A stretch of DNA of 26,328 nucleotides from an uncultured Methanomicrobiales archaeon. GTDB lineage: Archaea > Halobacteriota > Methanomicrobia > Methanomicrobiales > Methanospirillaceae. The notes beneath the pieces are model-generated. The model ran no database searches. It saw only the letters and a list, made by a program, of their open reading frames with translations, and was not told the origin of the DNA. Positions 18,983 to 26,328 of the stretch are shown here, one piece after another. Both the position numbers and the translations under genes were made by a program. Position 1 is the first letter of the stretch, and each line of letters begins with the position of its first letter. Where the stretch lies: assembly GCA_963758915.1 (NCBI GenBank), contig CAVWXH010000011.1, positions 1-26,328 of the forward strand. Direction: 5' to 3'.

Positions 18983-19735
18983 ATGCAACTCAGGGGCAGT
19001 CATGTAGCATGTATCGTTATGCTCCTTGCCCTTTTCGTTTCAGCGATATCATCCGGGTGTGCACAGCTTGATGCCCGGCTGGAAGATGTGTACCTTACCC
19101 TTACGACCAGCCGGGAGCCCTGTACCGCGGGTAGCAGCCTGCCGCACCAGGGCAGTGTGCTGCTGCTCCGTGAAGCAGAACGGCAACTTGGCCGTATGAA
19201 CGCGTCACGTTACTCCCATGAAACCTATATCGATGAAACGAACGGGACCTACGAGTACGATTGTTCTGGTTTTGTCGGGTATGCCCTCTCCAGGGCCGAC
19301 CCGTGTGCAATGAGTGTCCTCCTGCATAAACGGCCTGATGCAGGGAATTTTTATTATCATTTCATCCAGTTCGGGCCTTCACCGGGCAGCGGTGGTTGGA
19401 TGAGCGTTTCGACACCAACCGAGCTTCGCCCCGGGGATATCATTGTCTGGCTGAAACCAGATGAATCAGATGCAAAGAGCACCGGCCATATCATGATTGT
19501 TGCAGGAACCCCCGGGCCAAACCCGGAACGTGATGGTGAGATCCTCGTCAGGGTAATCGATTCAACAACGTCTCCCCATGCAGATGATACAAGAAAACCC
19601 GGCCAGACCGGTCTTGGAAAAGGGACAATTGGCATAATGACAGGACCGTCAGGGCACCCGTCCGGATATTACTGGCGGGGAGGGGTGTCTTCGGCCCTGC
19701 AGGAGACGAAAATGGTATTTGCACGGATTGCATGA
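18983..19735 (+). CDS. NlpC/P60-like cysteine hydrolase lipoprotein
   Basis: Lipobox-like ISSGC, catalytic YEYDCSGFVGY, LRPGDIIVW, TGHIMIV, then VIDST. Starts 3 nt after the capB stop. Confidence 0.78.
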   Translation: MQLRGSHVACIVMLLALFVSAISSGCAQLDARLEDVYLTLTTSREPCTAGSSLPHQGSVLLLREAERQLGRMNASRYSHETYIDETNGTYEYDCSGFVGYALSRADPCAMSVLLHKRPDAGNFYYHFIQFGPSPGSGGWMSVSTPTELRPGDIIVWLKPDESDAKSTGHIMIVAGTPGPNPERDGEILVRVIDSTTSPHADDTRKPGQTGLGKGTIGIMTGPSGHPSGYYWRGGVSSALQETKMVFARIA

Positions 19736-19796
19736 GTGAAAAACGGGTAAAGATACCTTTAAATCATAACTGGTATAGTTCAGAGGTACGGCTATC

Positions 19797-21947
19797 ATGG
19801 TAAAGGATGTCCAGGTAATACTGGTTGCATTTGTCATATCGATCGTGTTTTTTTCAGCACTGGCCCTCGTGTTCGGCGACGGGAAAGAGCCCGTGGTCCC
19901 AGGCCATGGAACCCCCGTAACACCAGCTCCTGGTATCACCGTAACACCGCCGGCACAGGTAACCCCTGCAGGACCTTTACAAGAGGTCCGGCTGGTAACG
20001 ACCACGGATTTTTATAATACAGGCCTGCTCCAGTACCTGAAACCGCTGTTCGACGAACAGTACCATGCTGACCTCCGGGTGATTGCCAGTGACGCGAACG
20101 GGGCGGTTGCAACAGCGAAACGGGGTGATGCCGATATCCTGCTGCTGAATGATCCAATCCGCGAACGGGCATTTCTTGAAGAAGGGTACGGGGTGAACCA
20201 CAGGACCTTTGCCAGTAATTCCTTCATCATCATCGGGCCTTCAGATGATCCTGCCGGTATCAGGGGTATGAATGCGTCGGGAGCCCTGCAGAGGATTTTT
20301 GAAGCGGGAAGCGCCGGAGAACCAGGGGTCCTCTTCATATCACGCGGTGATGGTTCAGAAATTCACCGGGTTGAGCTGGCAGCCTGGAATAGTGGGGGAT
20401 CCACGCCAGGAAAAATGGCATTTTCTCCGGCCTTCTGGTACATTGAGGTGGATAAAGGGGCAGATGAGACCATAAAAATTGCCGGCGACCTGCAGGCATA
20501 TACCATTGCCGACAACGCCAGTTACCATGGATACCAGGCAGACCTGACCCTCGAACCGCTTGTTTCGGGAGGGGGACTGCTGTTCAACGGTTACAGCACC
20601 ATTTCTGTCTTCAATGACCTGCAACCGGTTGAACGGATCAGAATGGCCAATAATTTCACTAATTTTATGCTATCCACGGAGATACAGGACGAGATTGGAA
20701 GCTATGGCAAAGGGAAATACGGGATACCGCTCTTTATACCGACGGTAGGGAATACAATTCCAGTACCTGAGGACTACATGACGAACCTCACTGCCCCGGC
20801 TGTTGCGGTCAGGCCGTTAAAAGTACTTTACCCCTCGACAAATCCCTCAATTTTTGGAAAGTTCCGGAAAAAATTTGAGCAGCTCCATCCCCTGACCGAC
20901 GTGCAGCTCTGGCCGGGGAGCAATGCAGATAACACGGATAAGGTCAGCCGGTATGGGGGCTTCAGCGACCTGCTTGCGACCACCAGCGAAAACCTCGTCA
21001 TCGATGACCTCTACCCGGATGATGTGACGTTCCTTGTCACCTACGCGAAAAATGGCATGGTGATCGCCTACACCAATAAGAGCAGGGGTGCAGCGATCAT
21101 TAACGAGACCAACTGGTACAGGGTGCTTGAAACCGACCGGGTAACGTATGCCACAAGTGACCCCAACGAAGAACCGGTCGGTTACCGGGCGTATATGGTC
21201 ATCGAACTCGCTGAACGGTATTACGGCGATCCCGGGATCTTTGACCGCCTGGTCAGTTCCCATAGCAACATCACGGAAGTCACGTACCGGGACAGTTACC
21301 GCGGCCGCTGGACGGTTAATGTCACCAATACGTCCCCGGACAACCGGAAACTGTTCATTTCGAGACCTGGGGGGATATCAACAACACAGATGCTTGATGA
21401 TGGCAGGGTTGATTACATCTTTACCTACCAGAGCCTGGCCACGAGGGAGGGGTTTAAGTATATTGCACTCCCGCCGGAGATCGACCTGTCGGACCCCAAC
21501 ATGTCCGGGCGTTACGAACTCGTGCGTGTTATCCGGGCGCCGGAAACAATCGTAGTCAGGGCAACGGGCACGACTATTACAACCTCCGGAGATGAGGGTT
21601 ACCCGGGTACAATTGCCGGGTTTACCGGTATTACATCAGGGGCAGGGGAGGATATTCTCGTGACAGACATGGCTGCAGCAAATCCTGCTGTTTCGTTACG
21701 TTCGGGATCTCTCTGGATACTGCGATCAACAGGGCCAAGGACTGTCATCGGCAGGCCATTGACCTACGGTATTACGATACCGGCAAGTGCCCGCAACACG
21801 GAAGGGGCTGCCGAGTTTATCAACCTGGTCATCAGTGGGCAGGGGCAGGCAATTACCAGTTCGGAAGGGCAGGTACCAATCGTTCCTGCCATCGCGTACG
21901 GATATGGGATCCCGTATTTCCTGCTGCCAAAACTGCAATTCGTCTGA
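19797..21947 (+). CDS. Membrane-anchored fusion of TupA-like and WtpA/ModA-like substrate-binding domains, with divergent ligand motifs
   Basis: N-terminal TM helix and Pro/Thr linker. TupA-like half: VTTTDFYNTGLLQYL, KRGDADILL, NSFIIIGPSDDPAGI, FISRGD. WtpA-like half: YAKNGMVIAYT.KS, INETNWY.VL, SDPNEEPVGYR, VDYIFTYQSLA, LPPEIDLSD, LTYGITIP. Confidence 0.85.
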   Translation: MVKDVQVILVAFVISIVFFSALALVFGDGKEPVVPGHGTPVTPAPGITVTPPAQVTPAGPLQEVRLVTTTDFYNTGLLQYLKPLFDEQYHADLRVIASDANGAVATAKRGDADILLLNDPIRERAFLEEGYGVNHRTFASNSFIIIGPSDDPAGIRGMNASGALQRIFEAGSAGEPGVLFISRGDGSEIHRVELAAWNSGGSTPGKMAFSPAFWYIEVDKGADETIKIAGDLQAYTIADNASYHGYQADLTLEPLVSGGGLLFNGYSTISVFNDLQPVERIRMANNFTNFMLSTEIQDEIGSYGKGKYGIPLFIPTVGNTIPVPEDYMTNLTAPAVAVRPLKVLYPSTNPSIFGKFRKKFEQLHPLTDVQLWPGSNADNTDKVSRYGGFSDLLATTSENLVIDDLYPDDVTFLVTYAKNGMVIAYTNKSRGAAIINETNWYRVLETDRVTYATSDPNEEPVGYRAYMVIELAERYYGDPGIFDRLVSSHSNITEVTYRDSYRGRWTVNVTNTSPDNRKLFISRPGGISTTQMLDDGRVDYIFTYQSLATREGFKYIALPPEIDLSDPNMSGRYELVRVIRAPETIVVRATGTTITTSGDEGYPGTIAGFTGITSGAGEDILVTDMAAANPAVSLRSGSLWILRSTGPRTVIGRPLTYGITIPASARNTEGAAEFINLVISGQGQAITSSEGQVPIVPAIAYGYGIPYFLLPKLQFV

Positions 21948-22234
21948 TAATTCTCTTTTTTCGAGTTACACATCAACACCCGCCTGCCCCGGCTGGGAAA
22001 TCAATGTCGTGTATTAGCGCCCCGTGGGTTTTTCCGGGGCTGTTACCTGGCCTCCGGAAATAGTTATTGGATACCCGTTTGGCAGCACGGCAGAATTACC
22101 AGGCTAACACGACCGAGACACTTTTAGTTCACGGGGAATATACTGATGAAGAGGGAACACAGGTGTACACGGGTCACCGGTGACTCCGGTTAAGAGAGAG
22201 CAGGATGTTGCAGGAAGGACCAGGTGACGGATAA

Positions 22235-22616
22235 ATGCCTCACAGGAAAGTCCGGGTACTGGTTGTTGAGGATGACGGGAAGTTACGCGAAGTTCTTCAG
22301 GCTTTTTATCAAGAAATACGGCTACCACCTGTGCGGTGTGGCCGAATCCGGGGAAGAGGCCCTTGAACTTATCAAGGAAACCTCCCCGAACCTTGTCTTT
22401 ATCGATATCGTGCTGAAAGGGAAGATGACCGGGATCGGCCTTGCACGCCATATCAACCGGGAAGTCAGAATCCCCTTCATCTATATAACGGGACACTCGG
22501 ATGCACACATTATTGAAGAAGTGATCCATACGCGCCCCAGTGCATTCATCCTGAAGCCTTTTGTCGGCGAGGAGCTGAAAGTCGCAGTGGAAATTGCAAT
22601 ACGGAAGAAAACCTGA
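22235..22616 (+). CDS. Stand-alone response regulator receiver, one extra T near 22305
   Basis: Reconstructed MPHRKVRVLVVEDDGKLREVLQAFIKKYGYHLCG...PNLVFIDIVLKG...IYITGH...FILKPF, with acidic pocket, phospho-Asp, Thr and Lys present. Confidence 0.88.
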
Positions 22617-22733
22617 TTTTTTCCCCATATTATTGCTAATATGAGCCCCCTGTTAATTCAGACCTAAAAGCCGGGGGGTAATTCATGAAATGAGAATTTT
22701 TCATGGCAGGTTACATTTTGTTATCTGGATAAA

Positions 22734-22777
22734 ATTTTTGGCTTTTCTCCCGGTCCGGAGAGATAGAAGCCAAAAAT
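22734..22777. repeat. Strong inverted repeat between receiver genes
   Basis: ATTTTTGGCTT / AAGCCAAAAAT (11 bp, perfect) with an inner TCTCC-CGGTCC-GGAGA stem. Confidence 0.7.
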
Positions 22778-22921
22778 GAACCCAGCATTAATGTTCCCGG
22801 AATTTGAGGTATATAACCTGATTAAGATGAATATTTCTAAAATAAAAATATTTAAATAAAAAAAATTTAATTAGATCAATGCTAATACCCTCTTAAAGAA
22901 GACTGGGGGGTTTCGGGATTA

Positions 22922-23290
22922 ATGGCGGATACGAAAAATACTCGTTGTAGATAGTCTTGGAGAGAGTGAACGTCTCACATCCTTTATCAAAAAGTTCGGG
23001 AACCATCTTTGCGGTGTGGCGGAATGCGGGGAAGATGCCATGAAACTGATCGGTGAGACGAAGCCGGACCTGCTTTTTATCGACATGGCATTGAAAGATC
23101 AGATGAACTGTACGGGTCTTGCATGCCATATCAACGAGAATAAGATCCCGTTCATCTTTATGACCGAACATGCAGATGCACACATTATTGGAGATATTAC
23201 GGGTACCCGTCCCAATGCATTCCTGATGAGGCCGTTCGGGAAGAAGAAATCCGTCTCGCAGTAGAGATCGCAATGCAAAAAAAATCCTGA
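22922..23290 (+). CDS. Degenerate receiver protein, paralogue of 22235-22616, frameshifts near 22934 and 23240
   Basis: Reconstructed MA..KILVVDSLGESERLTSFIKKFGNHLCGVAECGEDAMKLI.ETKPDLLFIDM...FIFMTEHADAHII...AFLMRPFG.EEIRLAVEIAMQKKS, collinear with the preceding receiver. Confidence 0.78.
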
Positions 23291-23522
23291 TTCATCCTGG
23301 ATATGGATGATTCCGTGGCTTTTTCTCTATCCATCACGCACCGCTTTCTTTTATCTACCAGGTCAGAGATGTGAAACCAAACATTGTATTCGGTTATTCA
23401 GTCTCGAAACAACAAGGCAATGGAACTTTTCACAGACCAGGATTTTACAATGAGAATGATTATCATGTATCAGTTTTCATTACCAATTATAGATACAATG
23501 GAAAAGAGGTTTACAGAGTTCA

Positions 23523-23892
23523 ATGGCTGAAACAAGAATTCTCGTGGTGGATGATGAAGAAAATATCCTGACTATTTTCCGCCTGGCACTTGAGAGCAGG
23601 GGCTACAAGGTAGATACCGCTGGCCACCGCCGCTGAAGCCCTCGAAAAGGCAAAGTCTACTACCTACCAGGTCTGTCTCCTTGATATCAATCTCCCTGAT
23701 ATGCATGGTACAGAACTGTTAAAATTGATGCATCAGATCGATCCGTCTATGAAAAAACTGATGGTCACCGGGGACTGGGCACCAAGGGATGTTGAACTTG
23801 CAAGGAAAAACGGGGCTGATGAGTTCGTTGCAAAACCCCTTAGCAAGGCGGACCTTATCGCAGTCGTTGAAAGTGTGTTGACGCCCACCTGA
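23523..23892 (+). CDS. Stand-alone CheY-like receiver, one extra G near 23622
   Basis: Reconstructed MAETRILVVDDEENILTIFRLALESRGYKVDTAATAAEAL...CLLDINLPDMHG...MVTG...GADEFVAKPL. Confidence 0.88.
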
Positions 23893-24017
23893 TCCAGGTC
23901 ATTCTGTCAATCCGGGTTATTGGTTCTTTCCGGGAGACCTTGGTTCGGGCATATCGGAAAAAAAGATAACCTCGTGAGAACAGCATATACATGAACGGAT
24001 AATCCGGGTGTAGTACC

Positions 24018-26271
24018 ATGACAATGAAACCCTGCAGGCGGAATTATTACCTCGCCATCGCATTGCTGGTATTACTCACCGTCATCGTCGCTCCTTATTA
24101 TTGTCCTCATGGCAAACGCCGATGTCGTGACAAAGGAAAATATGGCACGGCAACAGGTTTTAAAAGAGCCCGTCAACCTCCGGGGAACCATCATAAGCGA
24201 AAATGGAAACCCGGTAAAGGGGGCGACGGTATCCCTGCAGGATAAGACAGCGGTCACGACCGGAAGCGGTTCATTTACCCTTGACGGGATAACCCGCCAG
24301 AACAGCCTGATGGTGATCGATGCCCCGGGTTTCAGGAGAGAGTTCATCCCGGTCCACCTTTTCCTTCCCGTTTCGGTCGGCGGGGTAGAGACTGGACCCG
24401 GTCTATATGATAGAGGCCGACCCCGGAGAGGTCAGGTTCCTTTTCGGGGGCGACACCCATTTCGGACGCCGCTATATTGACCCCATGGAAATTACCCCGA
24501 GAGACCAGCTGCCCCCTGATAACAAAAGTGCCCTTATCAGTGTTTCAGACCCCGGACCTGGTACACGCGAGGTCCTCAGGTACGTCCGGCCATTCTTCCA
24601 GGAGGCCGATTTCAGCAGTGTGAACCTTGAATCACCGGTCACCCTGAACGTGTCAACACCACACCTGACAAAAGACTATGTCTTAATGACCCTGCCGGGT
24701 TCATTGCCTGCATTACAATGGGCGGGCATATCCTATGTTTCGCTCGGGAACAACCATGTCTACGATTACCGTGAGCAGGGACTTTCAGATACCATCTCCT
24801 CCTTACAGGCTGCAGGCATCGCCTATAGTGGTGCAGGGCCCAATGCTACTGAGGCATTCAAAGCATATCGTGTCGTTTTGAACGGTACCCCGTATGCAAT
24901 CCTCGCGATGAATTCCATCGATGGCATTGAACATCCCATCAATTATGTTGCTGATGACCGAAAAGGCGGGTCGGCAAACCTGAAAGATACCACGATGGTG
25001 ACCTCTGCCATTGGGCGTGAACTGGATGAGGGCTTTGTTCCGATCGTACAGGTCCACGGGGGCGATGAATATGTCTATGAACCCCCGGATTACATCAGCG
25101 GACGGCTGGACATGGTGACGGATGCCGGTGCGGGGCTGGTGGTATCAGAACACTCCCATATTGCAGAGGGGGTCGGGATCAGGAATGGGGTTGTAGTTAT
25201 AGAAGGTCTTGGCAACCTCGCCTTTGATGCCGAACGCCACGAGACGATGCTCGGCCTCCTTGCACGGGTTGACATGAACGGGAAGGAGATCCGGTCTGTC
25301 CGGCTCATCCCGGTCTACATCGGCAATTTCACGCCACGCCTGGTTTCCGGGGGGGTCGCTGACATACTCCTGCGCCGGGTTGGGGAGTTTTCAAAGGACT
25401 CACCGTACCCGGTCTACCCCTATAACGGACAGGGGTGGGTAGCCCTCGGGGAAAAACAGGTCAGCGAGAAACGCGATCGTACTGCCAGGGTGAACATTAC
25501 CATACCCGAATCCGGTTCAACGGTGCTTTGACCTCCCCAGACTGGCCCATAGCAGTGAATCCCTGGCAGGTATCAGGATAATGTTACCGGCAGCCAGGTC
25601 CGCTTGGGCGTGACCTGATGATCTACGGGGACTTTGAAGACTGGAACGTTGATGATACGGTGGGGGTGGCTGACCAGTGGGATACTTCAGCGGGCTCAGT
25701 GGAACTTGCAGTTACCCAGCCGTACAGCGGGACCCAGAACCTCATGAGTATCCGCCAGTTCGGTAACACCAAAGACTCCGTGATCCCGTTCAGGAACAGG
25801 ATCCGCGTCATGGGGGATGCCCGAAACCAGGCTAACCCAATAAAAATCTCACGTTTATCGGGTATATCCGGGGAAGGGATGCCGGACCCGTGAAGATTGT
25901 TTCGAAATACCTCGCGAGCGAAAATCCGGTAGATGGTGGACCGGGGATGACATTTGGCGAGGAAAAATCATGGCCCGTTCCCGGGGGGTACCTTCCCGTG
26001 GCAGCAGTATGTCGCCGATATCCATATGCCACCCGATGACCCCGGAGTCCCGAGAAACCCCGTAACGGACCCAAGGGCACTCCAGGTCTTTATCCACCAT
26101 TCGGCATCGCCGAAAACCACAAGCATCGCTGAGTTCGATGATTTCGCCATTATTTCCTGGGAGGAGACGGTCAACAGTCAACGGGGTGCAACACTTAGGA
26201 CCCCTCATGCCAGGGATTTCCTCCGGATTAACGGGACACCAGGTACCCACCAGCTCGACCCTGACGTTTGA
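24018..26271 (+). CDS. capA: Large CapA/PgsA family (PGA_cap metallophosphatase-like) protein with TM anchor, beta-sandwich domain and C-terminal extension; multiple frameshifts
   Basis: TM segment (24018), carboxypeptidase-regulatory-like domain (GTIISENGNPVKGATV...T.GSGSFTL), CapA motifs GGDTHFGR, VNLESP, SLGNNHVYDY, AYSGAG, VHGGDEY, SEHSH, GLGNLAFD, then a C-terminal region (YGDFEDW...GTFPWQQY). Breaks near 24093, 24390, 25528, 25575-25610, 25838 and 25965. The true stop is uncertain (26271 or about 26298). Confidence 0.83.
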
Positions 26272-26328
26272 ATCGTATCCCCCTCTTTTTGGCGGTAAGC
26301 AGCACAGGGTAGTGATTTCCTCGCTGCC

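Noticed and set aside
22163-22184. Palindromes GTGTACAC and GTCACCGGTGAC upstream of receiver 1
   Set aside because: Short and single-copy, with no supporting context beyond position.
17091-26328. Mobile element or integrase-driven island carrying the cap locus
   Set aside because: No integrase, transposase, tRNA or direct-repeat att site is visible. The accessory status is inferred only from gene content and AT-richer stretches.
1-26328. CRISPR array, tRNA or rRNA genes
   Set aside because: No regularly spaced repeats, cloverleaf/T-loop signatures or rRNA-like segments were found by eye.

Overview
Archaeal methanogen DNA, most likely Methanomicrobiales (inferred from Mmp10, eS1/Rps3ae, Pcc1, methanogen-type SerRS, TATA-type promoters and gene order). 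Left part (1-11.5 kb): stress, redox and light-repair genes (VIT1/CCC1, rubredoxin, SIMPL, MarR plus bacterial-type LonA with a palindromic operator, class II photolyase, DUF523-DUF1722, a flavin-binding protein, two SOUL paralogues, a rhodanese lipoprotein). Middle (11.6-17.1 kb): mmp10, then the conserved rps15-DHH-pcc1-serS-rps3ae operon with a structured S15 leader RNA. Right part (17.2-26.3 kb): an accessory block that looks like a poly-gamma-glutamate (PGA) system in a methanogen: capC, capB, an NlpC/P60 lipoprotein, an orphan TupA-WtpA fusion with altered ligand residues, three stand-alone receiver proteins and a large multidomain capA. At least about 16 single-base frameshifts split genes and become denser toward the right end, so they are probably sequencing or assembly errors. 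Split genes are reconstructed by hand below. No tRNA, rRNA, CRISPR array or transposase was recognised. All family calls come from motif recognition, not database searches.
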